From Alphaproteobacteria bacterium (GTDB taxonomy: Bacteria; Pseudomonadota; Alphaproteobacteria; UBA2966): a DNA stretch of 64,000 bases. The notes under the pieces are model-generated. The model did not search any database and was not told the origin of the DNA. It worked only from the letters and a program-made list of their open reading frames with translations. Position numbers and translations under genes: made by a program. Below are positions 48,856 to 57,914 of this stretch, in pieces; position 1 is the first letter of the stretch; every line of letters begins with the position of its first letter. The stretch is taken from assembly GCA_964291395.2 (NCBI GenBank), contig OZ219858.1, positions 416,001 through 480,000 of the forward strand, given 5' to 3'.

Positions 48856-49139
48856 CGGCCTTCCAGTCGCTCCTCGAGGAGCGCTTCAAGAACGCTTTCG
48901 CCAGATCGCGGTGGGTTGGCTCGTAACAGGTCCAAAGGCACGGGATTCGTCGGACGCCGGATGAGGCCCGACGACTCGAGGCGGGTAAGCCGAGAGTCCC
49001 CTTCTTGCTCGCCCGTGACCGGCTCGATTCGCGCGACGGGGCGGTCGCGGTCAAGCACGAGGATACTCTCGCCGACGCGAACCCGACGCAGGTAAGCACT
49101 CAGCTTGTTTTTCAGATCAGCTATAGTAACTACTTTCAT
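48852..49139 (-). CDS. Phd/YefM-family antitoxin
   Basis: LKN.LS.YL..V..GE...V.DR..PVA motif; ATGA overlap with the toxin. Confidence 0.9.
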   Translation of the reverse strand: MKVVTIADLKNKLSAYLRRVRVGESILVLDRDRPVARIEPVTGEQEGDSRLTRLESSGLIRRPTNPVPLDLLRANPPRSGESVLEALLEERLEGR

Positions 49140-49158
49140 ATAGCTAATATAGCTATAT
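49138..49158. promoter_or_regulatory. Probable TA autoregulatory operator
   Basis: Tandem ATATAGCTA x2 containing the perfect palindrome ATATAGCTATAT (49147-49158), abutting the antitoxin ATG. Confidence 0.65.
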
Positions 49159-49284
49159 CAGTACGAATCACCACACGTATCTCGTCCGGCGGCAACGGGA
49201 TTCGTTCCCCGCGACCATCCGACGTTGACCGGCCGGGGGAGGTGGATTCGGATCAGCCTCGAGGTTCCGCCGTCACGCAATCGA

Positions 49285-49407
49285 AACATGGTACGTGTCA
49301 CGCAGTGGCGCGCACCATGTTGTGTTTTGGGGGATCGTTCACCACAATGCCCGCCATCGACGAACGGTGCGGAGTTGGAAGCCCGGCGAAACGCCAGCTT
49401 GTAAACT
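49285..49407 (+). ncRNA. Candidate structured RNA / 5' leader (three hairpins) upstream of the HNH nuclease
   Basis: Hand-folded stems at 49285-49321, 49334-49368 and 49373-49407; G-U pairs favour the + strand. Confidence 0.3.
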
Positions 49408-49420
49408 GACTGACACGGTC

Positions 49421-49972
49421 ATGACCGGATCATTGGAAGGCTCGCCAGCCCTCGTCCTGAACGCGGATTACCAGCCGCTCAGCTATTTTCCCCTGTCGCT
49501 GTGGCCGTGGCAGGAGGCCGTCAAGGCCGTTTTCCTCGACCGGGTCAATATCGTTTCCGAGTATGAACGCTGGATTTCCTCGCCTTCCTTCAAGATGCGG
49601 CTGCCCAGCGTGGTTTCGCTCAAGCGCTACGTGAAACCGGCTCACAAACCCGCATTCACGCGGTTCAACGTATTTCTCCGCGATTCGTTCGCCTGCCAGT
49701 ATTGCGGCAGCAACAGCGATCTGACCTTCGATCATCTGGTGCCGCGCTCGCAGGGCGGACGAACCCGGTGGAGCAACGTGGTGGCGGCCTGTTCCCGCTG
49801 CAATCTCAAAAAGGGCGGTCGCCGTCCCCAGCAGGCGGGCATGTATCCCCGCACCCTGCCCGTCGAGCCCTCGATATTCCAGCTGCAGCAGATCGGACGC
49901 CGCTTCCCGCCGAACCACCTTCACGAAAGTTGGCGGGACTACCTCTACTGGGATACCGAGCTCGAGCCCTAG
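49421..49972 (+). CDS. HNH endonuclease (McrA-like conserved family)
   Basis: ALVLNADY.PLS, RD.F.CQYCG, TFDHLVPRS.GG and NVV.AC..CN..K motifs. Confidence 0.92.
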   Translation: MTGSLEGSPALVLNADYQPLSYFPLSLWPWQEAVKAVFLDRVNIVSEYERWISSPSFKMRLPSVVSLKRYVKPAHKPAFTRFNVFLRDSFACQYCGSNSDLTFDHLVPRSQGGRTRWSNVVAACSRCNLKKGGRRPQQAGMYPRTLPVEPSIFQLQQIGRRFPPNHLHESWRDYLYWDTELEP

Positions 49973-50024
49973 GCCGCAACGCGACCCGTCGGGCAGGGAT
50001 TGGCGCGCGCTCGCGTTCGGCCCT

Positions 50025-50642
50025 TCAGAGACGTTCCGAAAGCCAGATCGCCAGGCGTGAGCCCGCCTTGATCGCCGACGTCAGCGCCTGGTAGCCCGGC
50101 GTCTCGAGGGCGCCCCGTTCCAACGCTTCGTCGCGATGGGCGATCTCGTCGGCACGGAACCGTTCGATGGTGTCGCGCAACGCGACCTCGTCATCGCCGA
50201 GTTGTTCGGCCTGCCTTTGATAATGCTCGTCGATCACCTCCTCGATGGCGACGGTGCAGGCATGCGCGGCCTTCTCACCCATGAGAGCGGTTCCCGCGCC
50301 CAGCGCGAACCCGGCGGCATGCCACAGCGGCGTCAGCGCGGTCGGCCGGACCCGCCGGTCCACGATCAGCCGCTCGAAGGCCTCCAGGTGCTCGCGCTCC
50401 TGGTCCGCCATGCGCCGGAGCGCCGCACCGACCGGGCTCTTGCCCAGGACCGACATCTGGCCTTCATAGATGCGGACGGCACCGAACTCACCCGCGTGAT
50501 CGACCCGGATCATGCGCTCGACGAGCGTCTCGGGCGGCAGGTCGCCGGGCAGACGATCCTCGCCCGTGCGTTTCGGGCGACGACGACGCGGGGCGGGCGC
50601 GCCCGGAGCGTCTCGGCCCCGCCGATGATCGGCCTTCTTCAT
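50025..50642 (-). CDS. coq7: Demethoxyubiquinone hydroxylase (Coq7)
   Basis: RVDHAGE.GA..IY.GQ, E.EH, RPT.L.P.W and DE..H di-iron motifs. Confidence 0.9.
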   Translation of the reverse strand: MKKADHRRGRDAPGAPAPRRRRPKRTGEDRLPGDLPPETLVERMIRVDHAGEFGAVRIYEGQMSVLGKSPVGAALRRMADQEREHLEAFERLIVDRRVRPTALTPLWHAAGFALGAGTALMGEKAAHACTVAIEEVIDEHYQRQAEQLGDDEVALRDTIERFRADEIAHRDEALERGALETPGYQALTSAIKAGSRLAIWLSERL

Positions 50643-51145
50643 GCGGCTTCCCGTCTGAGATTGGCGCGGGCTGCCAAGGCCGCGAACCCGGCCAGCACCA
50701 GGGAGAAGAGGAAATTGTACCCCGCCATCGAGACACCGAACAGCGACCAGGCGACTTCGTCGCAGCGAGCCGTGGGCGCGGACATGATTTGCGCGCGCAG
50801 CTCGTCCACGGACCGCGCGCTGCCGGTGGCAGCGCCCGTGCAGGCTTCCGTTCCGGCCCACCAGTGCTGTTCGACGCCGACGTGGTAGGCGGCGATTCCG
50901 GCGCCGATCAGGAAGGCCGCCGCGGCGAGACCATGCAGGCCTCCCACCGCTCGAGGGTTGCTCGCCGTCACGAAGCCGATGACGGCGAACGAGATCGTCG
51001 CCGCGTAGGGCATTCGTTGGTAGATGCACAGGACACAGGGCTCGAGCCCGCCGGCGTACTGTGAGAACAGTGCGCTGCCCAGCGCCGCGGCACTGGCGAA
51101 CAGGACCAACAGCGTGCTGGTGCGCGGGCGCAGGAGTTCAGCCAT
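50639..51145 (-). CDS. dsbB: Disulfide bond formation protein B
   Basis: PCVLC..QR, YH.GVE..WW and second Cys pair. Confidence 0.88.
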   Translation of the reverse strand: MAELLRPRTSTLLVLFASAAALGSALFSQYAGGLEPCVLCIYQRMPYAATISFAVIGFVTASNPRAVGGLHGLAAAAFLIGAGIAAYHVGVEQHWWAGTEACTGAATGSARSVDELRAQIMSAPTARCDEVAWSLFGVSMAGYNFLFSLVLAGFAALAARANLRREAA

Positions 51146-51199
51146 GAAGGTCATTACCGAACCGGTGCAATTTCGGGGCGTCGTGAGCGATATGGCGCC

Positions 51200-51781
51200 T
51201 CAGATCGCATAACGCAAGATGATGAAGCCCGCGAACAAGGTCACGACGAAGACCGTCGCGGCAACCTTCAGGTTCTCCTCCAAGAAGGCCCGGATCGGCA
51301 GTCCGTAACGCCGGAGCAGGAAGGCGACGGCGTAGAACCGGAGCCCCCGCGAGATCAGCGAGCCGGCGATGAAAGGGACGAGACCCAGGCCGGTCACCCC
51401 GCTCGCGATCGTGAACACCTTGTACGGGAGCGGCGTCAGGCCGGCTGCGAAGACGATGAACAGGCCCCACTCGTTGTACTGCGCCTGGAAGTCCGCGAAG
51501 CGCTCGGTGTATCCATAGAAAGCGAGCAGAGGGCGGCCGACGGTCTCGTGGACGAAAAACCCGATGGCGTAGCCCGCGACTCCGCCAAGGACCGAGGACA
51601 GGGTGCAGACCGCGGCGATGACGTAAGCGCGGGCGCGGGCCGCCAGGACCATCGGGATCAGCATGACGTCGGGAGCGATGGGGAAGAACGAACTCTCGGC
51701 GAACGACACGAGGGCCAGCGCCGGAATTGCGTGGCGGTGCGCCGCGAGCGAAAGAATCCAGTCGTAGAGACGTCGGAGCAC
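51200..51781 (-). CDS. YqaA/DedA family membrane protein
   Basis: LYDW, SFAESSFFPI.PD and TPLPYKVFTIASG motifs; start inferred. Confidence 0.88.
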   Translation of the reverse strand: MLRRLYDWILSLAAHRHAIPALALVSFAESSFFPIAPDVMLIPMVLAARARAYVIAAVCTLSSVLGGVAGYAIGFFVHETVGRPLLAFYGYTERFADFQAQYNEWGLFIVFAAGLTPLPYKVFTIASGVTGLGLVPFIAGSLISRGLRFYAVAFLLRRYGLPIRAFLEENLKVAATVFVVTLFAGFIILRYAI

Positions 51782-51903
51782 GGGCAGGCCGTTCGGTTCG
51801 GGTGCCGGAGCGTGCGCCGCTATATCAGGGGATGGGACGGGGAGCAATGAACTTGAGCGCACCAAAGGGCGCCGCGCGGCCCCGAATGCGCGGCACCGCA
51901 TTG

Positions 51904-51931
51904 TTGACCGCCGACGGCCCTCGATTATGAT
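51904..51931 (+). promoter_or_regulatory. tRNA promoter candidate
   Basis: TTGACC-N16-TATGAT followed by a GC-rich discriminator. Confidence 0.65.
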
Positions 51932-51940
51932 CCGCCCCGT

Positions 51941-52027
51941 GCCCCTGTGGCGAAATCGGTAGACGCGACAGACTCAAAATCTGTTGTCCGCAAGGACGTG
52001 CTGGTTCGAGTCCGGCCGGGGGCACCA
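51941..52027 (+). tRNA. tRNA-Leu (anticodon CAA)
   Basis: GCCCCTG/CGGGGGC acceptor stem, ACAGA-CT-CAA-AA-TCTGT anticodon arm, long variable arm GTCC-GCAA-GGAC, GGTTCGAGTCC T arm, encoded CCA. Confidence 0.97.
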
Positions 52028-52152
52028 TCCGCCGTCGCCTCGCAGAACCGTGGTCGGCCAGCCAGTCGCGCGGGGGCGTTGGAGAAGAGGACGCCGTGCC
52101 GAAGGCCTGAGAGGGCGAAGGCGGGCAGTGTCTGAACAGTCCGGCATCGACC

Positions 52153-52749
52153 ATGCACGATCGGAATCAGTTGCTGACCGAGTTCATCGATGCGCTGGCC
52201 GTCGCCGCCGGGGCCGCGCCGACTGCCGGCGTGAAAGGGCGTATCGCCGTCGACAGGATTTTCTCGATGCTGGCCGGGCCGAGAACGACGGGCTCCGGCC
52301 AATCCATTCAGCTTGACGCGTGCCGACATCTCGACCGGGCCTTGGCCAACGCACGACGCGGCCCCGAGGCGGTCGCGCGTTTGGCCGACGCCTTCGCCCC
52401 GCTGGCACGCGACCTCCACTGGCGTCTTCGCCCGCCGGAGGAGGGTGAGGACCCGGCCTTCCGCGACGGACACGCCAACGCAGACGTCATCGGACCATCC
52501 GGCCTCGAACGGCATGACGATATCGTCGTCGGCGCAACCCTGCTCGCGCCCGGCGTGACCTTTCCGAACCACCGCCATCCCCCGGAAGAGGTCTACGTCG
52601 TGATGAGCGAGGGTGACTGGTTCAACGATGACGCGGGCTGGCACAAGCCCGGTGTCGGCGGGCTGATCTACCACCGTCCCGAGATCACCCACGCGATGCG
52701 TTCGGGGCAGGAACCATTGCTGGCGTTCTGGTGCCTGCACCGCCCGTGA
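52153..52749 (+). CDS. DMSP-lyase-family cupin (DddL/DddQ-like)
   Basis: HANA..IGP.GLE, FP.HRHPPEEVY and HAMR...EPLLAFW motifs; activity on DMSP not established. Confidence 0.75.
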   Translation: MHDRNQLLTEFIDALAVAAGAAPTAGVKGRIAVDRIFSMLAGPRTTGSGQSIQLDACRHLDRALANARRGPEAVARLADAFAPLARDLHWRLRPPEEGEDPAFRDGHANADVIGPSGLERHDDIVVGATLLAPGVTFPNHRHPPEEVYVVMSEGDWFNDDAGWHKPGVGGLIYHRPEITHAMRSGQEPLLAFWCLHRP

Positions 52750-53171
52750 GCACGCTGTTCAGGATCCTCGAGAGGCTGGGGCGGAAACGCACCTTGATGG
52801 ACCGCGGCCCGTCGCACTCCGCATATCACCTGGCGAAGCCCTGGACGGACCGTTACTACCTGCTGTTCCGCCATCGCCCCCGATGGTTTCCCTTCAACGT
52901 TCTGATCCATCACATTCGGGATGACGATCACGGGGAGGGAATGCACAACCACCCTTGCCCCTACATGACCGTCATTCTCAGGGGCGGGTACTGGGAAACG
53001 ACGGCGGCAGGCCGGTTCTGGAGAGGCCCGGGGTACGTCGGCATCCGTTCGGCCGACGCCGAACACCGGGTGGACCTCGAGCCCGGCACGGAGGCCGTAA
53101 CGCTTTTCTGCCCCGGCCCCTACGGGTTGCGAAAGAACGCGCGGTCGGGCTACGGCACGACGCCGGTCTGA
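52746..53171 (+). CDS. Small cupin-fold hypothetical protein
   Basis: HHI..DD....HNHP....VIL.GGYWE...HRV motif; GTGA overlap with the upstream cupin. Confidence 0.7.
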   Translation: MSTLFRILERLGRKRTLMDRGPSHSAYHLAKPWTDRYYLLFRHRPRWFPFNVLIHHIRDDDHGEGMHNHPCPYMTVILRGGYWETTAAGRFWRGPGYVGIRSADAEHRVDLEPGTEAVTLFCPGPYGLRKNARSGYGTTPV

Positions 53172-53376
53172 CACCGGCCGCCGGGCTCGCAACGGTTCGA
53201 GTTGGGCCATCGACGTGACGAAGATTCCGCGGATCTTCATCCGTTCCGTAACGGTCGAAACCGCATGATCAGGAGACGACGCGTCGTCTCTCAAGCCCGC
53301 TATGCATGCTCACATGAACGACAATGAATGCTCGACTCGACAGCGATTTGGCGTGCCGTTCGGTGTTCCCCCGAAC

Positions 53377-54786
53377 CTACCCAATGGAGGGCCGCTTGTC
53401 TGCCCACGGGCGGATGGCTTCGAAGGCGGCGGACGCCTGCAGGACGGTCAGGTCCGCAAAGCGCTTGCCCACCACCTGCAGGCCCACCGGGAGTCCGTCT
53501 TCGGTGAACCCGCAGGGCACGCTGGCCGCCGGGTTGCCGCTGAAGTTGAAGGGATATGAGAATTCGGCCCATACCGTCCAGTCCCAGTCGTGCCTCGGCC
53601 AATGTGACGGCTGGAGTTGGTCGGCGGGGAACGCAGCGACGGACACGGCAGGCGTGAGCAACAGATCCCAATCGTCGAACCAGCGGTGCACCGAGCAGAC
53701 ATAGTCGAGCTTCCTCTGGCGCATGTTCATGTAATCCTCGGCGGAGTATCTCTCCGCGTCGCGGATACAGGCGACCAGACCCGGGTCCATCTTCCCCTCC
53801 CACTCAGGCAGGAAGTGGGCGTAGCGCAAGACGTGCGCGGCCCAGAAGAACCGGATCAGCTCGGGTCCGTCGGGTCCGAACGGAGGCGTTACCTCCCCGA
53901 CGGTCGCGCCCAACTCTTCGAAGGCGGCCACAGCGCCGGCGACCGGATCGGCGACGTCCGGGTCAACCCGGGCATGACCGAGATCGGGACTGTAGGCGAC
54001 CTTGAGTCCCGCGACACCATCGGCGCACCGGGCCGGGTAATCGGCGGGCTCCGCCTCCAGACTCGTGTGGTCCCAGCTGTGCGGGCCGGCCATCACCTTC
54101 AACATCATCGCCGAATCAAGGACCGTCCGGGTCATGGGACCCATGTGCGTGGCCTGGTCGTTGTTGTTGACCGGCCAGCATGGAATGCGTCCATAGGTCG
54201 GCTTGAGGCCGAACACCCCGGAGAAGTGCGAGGGCATGCGGATCGACCCGGCGCCGTCGGATCCCTGATGCAGGGGTCCGTAACCGGCCGCGGCGGCCGC
54301 GCCCGCGCCGGCCGAAGAGGCGCCGGCGTTGTATCCGAGCTTCCACGGGTTCGACGTGATGCCGGTGAGCGGACTCTCGCTCACGCCCTTCCAGCCGTAC
54401 TCGGAAGTCGTGGTCTTGCCGAGCACCACGGCCCCCGCCGCCTTCAGACGCGTGACGAAGGGGCTGTCCTCGTCCGGCACGTAACCCTTGCGCGTGTGCG
54501 ATCCGAATTCCGTGGGAACGCCGGCGGTGACCACCAGGTCCTTGATGGTCGCCGGAATACCGTGAAGGACCCCGAGGGTGTCGCCACGCATGACCGCGGC
54601 TTCCGCTTCCTTTGCGGCTGCCATGGCGGCGTCGGCGGTCAGCGTGGCAAAGGCATTCAGCTTGGGCTCGAGGGCGTCGATGCGCGCGAGCACGGCGCGC
54701 GTCACCTCGACGGGCGAGACGTCCTTTCGCGCGATCCGCTCGCGCAATAGCGAGGCGGGAGTGAAGCAGAGGTCTTCATCGCTCAT
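53377..54786 (-). CDS. Amidase signature family protein
   Basis: IKDL, GKTTT.E, GASSAG and GSDGAGSIRMP motifs. Confidence 0.93.
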   Translation of the reverse strand: MSDEDLCFTPASLLRERIARKDVSPVEVTRAVLARIDALEPKLNAFATLTADAAMAAAKEAEAAVMRGDTLGVLHGIPATIKDLVVTAGVPTEFGSHTRKGYVPDEDSPFVTRLKAAGAVVLGKTTTSEYGWKGVSESPLTGITSNPWKLGYNAGASSAGAGAAAAAGYGPLHQGSDGAGSIRMPSHFSGVFGLKPTYGRIPCWPVNNNDQATHMGPMTRTVLDSAMMLKVMAGPHSWDHTSLEAEPADYPARCADGVAGLKVAYSPDLGHARVDPDVADPVAGAVAAFEELGATVGEVTPPFGPDGPELIRFFWAAHVLRYAHFLPEWEGKMDPGLVACIRDAERYSAEDYMNMRQRKLDYVCSVHRWFDDWDLLLTPAVSVAAFPADQLQPSHWPRHDWDWTVWAEFSYPFNFSGNPAASVPCGFTEDGLPVGLQVVGKRFADLTVLQASAAFEAIRPWADKRPSIG

Positions 54787-55043
54787 GAGGCGACTTTCGG
54801 GAAATCATGAACAACAGGGGCGCGCTCGGATCTGCCCCGCGCGTGCCGGACCGCCGGCTACGGTACTGGCTGAAGCAGGCGGAGTCGATGACGCTGGGAT
54901 GCGACGAACCGGCGGGCCCGGAAGGCCGCCCGGAATCGCCGAGGGGTAACCGCCATCCCGCGGCTTGGTTGCGCGTTACGGGCCGGCTTGGTCTATGCTT
55001 GGGCGTCTTCAGTGTCAGGGAAGCTGAATCATCAGGAGGAGCT

Positions 55044-55529
55044 ATGCAGGTCAGGACAATGAGTTGGGCAGCCGGTTCGGCGCTCGCCCTCGCGATGGTG
55101 TTTGTCCTATATGGTCCGGAGCAGGCCGCGCGCGCCGATCAGCACGGCGAGGTGGCGGAGGAGCGCAGCAAGCTCATGAAGGGCATGGGCGGCGCGATGC
55201 GCACCCTCAACGGTTTCGTCAAGGGCAACAAGTCGGCGGAAGAGGCGGCCGGGGCAGCCGCGGTCATCGCGGCGTCGGCTCCGAAGATTGCCGATGTCTT
55301 TCCACCGAACACCGGGATGGGGGCAAACCCCAAGTCCGAGGCGAAGGACGACATCTGGGAAGAATGGGATGCATTCACCGCGGCGGCCTCGCTGCTCGGG
55401 GACAAGGCGGCGACGCTCGAGGCGGCTCTTGCCTCGGGCGACGCAGGGGCCGCTGCCGCCGCTTTCGGCGATCTCGGCAAGAACGGCTGCGGCGGCTGTC
55501 ATAGCAGGTTCCGCGACAAGCGGAACTGA
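55044..55529 (+). CDS. Cytochrome c' (class II)
   Basis: AGGAGGAG SD, signal peptide, R..LMK, IW..W..F and C-terminal CGGCH. Confidence 0.9.
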   Translation: MQVRTMSWAAGSALALAMVFVLYGPEQAARADQHGEVAEERSKLMKGMGGAMRTLNGFVKGNKSAEEAAGAAAVIAASAPKIADVFPPNTGMGANPKSEAKDDIWEEWDAFTAAASLLGDKAATLEAALASGDAGAAAAAFGDLGKNGCGGCHSRFRDKRN

Positions 55530-55536
55530 CGCCCGC

Positions 55537-56232
55537 CTAGAAGACGCGCGCCGCGATCTCGATCCCGCCGAGGACCGCCGCTGCGGAGAGCGCGAGAACG
55601 AGGACCGCGCGCCAGTCGGAGACGAGCCGCGGCGGGAACACTCCCTTCGCGATCCGCCCGCGCCCGGTCAGCATCGCCTTGGTGAGGTTCTCGCGCTTGT
55701 AGAGAAGGTGGAACAGCACCGCGGCGATGTGGAGGCCGACCAGAATGAGCAGCCCGTCCACCACCGTGGCGTGCAATTCGGACGCCTCGCGCGCCGCCTC
55801 GTAGCTCACGAGCAGGCTGAGCGGGCCCTCGTGGAGCCCGTCGACGTCGACCGCGAAAAGTCCGAGACTCGTCTGCACGATCAGGACGAGCAGCATCGCC
55901 ACCACGGATAGCCCGCCGAGCGGGTTATGGCCGGCATGTCCGTCCGGCGTACGCCGGAAGAGGGTCGACAGATAGGCGACGATTTCCCGCAACGGACGGA
56001 CGAAGGCGCGAAACCGCGACGGGGCGCTGCCGACGAAACCCCAGACGACCCGAGCGACCACGAGGACGAGAAGGGCTTGCCCCGCCGGGATGTGGATCTC
56101 GAACCGGCCGTTGCGCCCGCTCAGGTAGCAGACCACGACCAGCACGACCAGGACCCAGTGGAAGATCCGGGTCGGACGATCCCAGACCGGCGCCTCCCGA
56201 TGCCCGTCTTCTTGCCCCGTATCTGCCGCCAT
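55537..56232 (-). CDS. Cytochrome b (Ni-hydrogenase cyt b-like family)
   Basis: VWD.PTR.FHW, GHNPLG and LH..AV..H motifs; typical partner of cytochrome c'. Confidence 0.9.
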   Translation of the reverse strand: MAADTGQEDGHREAPVWDRPTRIFHWVLVVLVVVCYLSGRNGRFEIHIPAGQALLVLVVARVVWGFVGSAPSRFRAFVRPLREIVAYLSTLFRRTPDGHAGHNPLGGLSVVAMLLVLIVQTSLGLFAVDVDGLHEGPLSLLVSYEAAREASELHATVVDGLLILVGLHIAAVLFHLLYKRENLTKAMLTGRGRIAKGVFPPRLVSDWRAVLVLALSAAAVLGGIEIAARVF

Positions 56233-56469
56233 GCCGCCTTCGTCGCGTACCGACCCTCTACAACCTCATCGCCACCCGAGAGCTGCAAGCCGACCGGGCT
56301 AGCCCGCGGGACGCCGCCATCGGGCAACGCATGCCGGATGCGCGAATACCTTACGTCAGCCTATAGAGCCCCGCACCATGAGTCATACAGGCATTTGTAG
56401 CCGATCAGGCAGTACGGGACGGTAGACCGCCTGTTTGTTCAGCAGGTGTACCCGGGCAGCCGCCCGCGC

Positions 56470-56820
56470 CTAACGGGCGACGCTGCGGTTCCACTGGTCG
56501 TACCACGCCGGGATGTCGACCTTCCCGTAGTCGACGCGGTACTCCTTGGCGATCTCCGCCGGATCGAGGACGGCCATCCCGGAAAGGATCGGATCCTGAG
56601 CCAGGCGCGGATAGGCCTTGTTGTTCGCCGGAATCGTGCCCGCCCGGTCGGACTGCTGGAACTGCGTCTCCTCGTCCAGATAGCCGTTGATGTAGGCGTG
56701 CGCGGCGGCCCGGTTCTTCGGATCGCTGCTTTTCACGATGGTGAGATAACCGAACGCGTTCACGCCGACATGTTCGTCGCCGATCACCGGATGGACGAAC
56801 TTCAGATTCGTTTGCCCGGA
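56470..56820 (-). pseudogene. C-terminal remnant of an ABC solute-binding protein (PotD/PotF-like)
   Basis: LKFVHP...IVK.S...AA.AYIN.YLD.E.Q...TIP.N...W.D.WNR.V; no credible start, signal peptide or N-terminal lobe. Confidence 0.65.
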
Positions 56821-56864
56821 CGTGGGAACGGGGCCAGGTGTCCGGGAGAATCGCGGCCCTGTGG

Positions 56865-57893
56865 CTATCCCATCTTCAGCAGCAGACGTCCGAAGAACTT
56901 GCGGCTTTCCATGACCCGCTGGGCTTCCGCCGCCTCGGCCAAGGGAAATACCGCGTGTACCGGGGGTTTCGGCAGGTCCTTGCACCGCGCCGCGAACACG
57001 CCGGCGAGGATGGCGCGCGTGTAGCGCCCACAGCCGTGGATCGAAACGTGCCGGCGAAAGAGGTCCACCATGTCGACTTCCATTCTCTCACCACCGTGGG
57101 CCCCCACAACCACCGCCCTTCCACCCCATCTCAGGGCCTGCACGCCTGCCAACAGGTTGGGGCCGGAGGCCACGTCGAACACCGCATCGAGGCCGTTGCC
57201 GCCAGTGATGCGCTCCAGGGCATCGGCCATAGGCTCGGCACTGTAGTTGATCACTTCGTCGGCACCCAGTGCCTTCAACCTTGCGTTCTTTTCGTCCGAT
57301 CCCGTTGCGGCGACGACCCGTGCCTCGAGATGCTTTGCCAGCACAACGGCGGCGGAACCGACGCCACCGCCGGCGCCGGTTACCAGGATGTTCTCGCCGG
57401 CCCGAAGAGCGGCCGTTTCCACCAAGCCCTCCCACGCGGTGGCGAGCTTGTAGGAGGCAATGGCGTCTTCGAACGAGAGCACATCCGGCAGCGCCACCAC
57501 TTGGTGTTCGCGCACGATAATTTTCTCGGCGTAGGCGCCCCAGTGCTGTCCGCCCAGCGTCGTCACCCGGGCACACATGTTCTCCTGGCCCGACCGGCAA
57601 CCAGGGCAATCCCCGCAGGTCCGGAAGGCGAAGGTGCCGACCCGCTGGCCCACCACCCAACCCTTTACCCTCGCGCCGACCGCGTCGATGGTGCCCACGC
57701 CCTCGGTACCAAGCACGTGCGGGAAGGCCACCTTCATCCCGGACCGGCCGTTGCGGATATCGAGATCGAGATGATTGAGCGCAGCGTGATCGAGGCGAAT
57801 CACCACTTCGTTCGGTGCAGGCTCGCGCTCGGGCACCTCGCGGTGCCTGAGCACTTCGGGTCCGCCAAAGCGGTCGATGACGACTGCTCTCAT
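56865..57893 (-). CDS. MDR family zinc-binding dehydrogenase/quinone reductase-like
   Basis: GGPEVL, structural Zn motif CGDCPGC..GQENMC, GAGGGVG. Confidence 0.9.
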   Translation of the reverse strand: MRAVVIDRFGGPEVLRHREVPEREPAPNEVVIRLDHAALNHLDLDIRNGRSGMKVAFPHVLGTEGVGTIDAVGARVKGWVVGQRVGTFAFRTCGDCPGCRSGQENMCARVTTLGGQHWGAYAEKIIVREHQVVALPDVLSFEDAIASYKLATAWEGLVETAALRAGENILVTGAGGGVGSAAVVLAKHLEARVVAATGSDEKNARLKALGADEVINYSAEPMADALERITGGNGLDAVFDVASGPNLLAGVQALRWGGRAVVVGAHGGERMEVDMVDLFRRHVSIHGCGRYTRAILAGVFAARCKDLPKPPVHAVFPLAEAAEAQRVMESRKFFGRLLLKMG

Positions 57894-57914
57894 GGAGATC
57901 GTGTCTGACAGGTT

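Noticed and set aside
53191-53330. Short translations resembling a Fic motif (LHPFRNGRNRMIR) and an IS3 integrase motif (WAIDVTKIP)
   Set aside because: Each is a single short match in different frames, with no start or flanking similarity; likely chance.
56865-57893. MDR as AcuI (acryloyl-CoA reductase) partner of the DMSP-lyase-like cupin
   Set aside because: It has a four-cysteine structural zinc loop and lacks the AcuI/YhdH NYKD signature.
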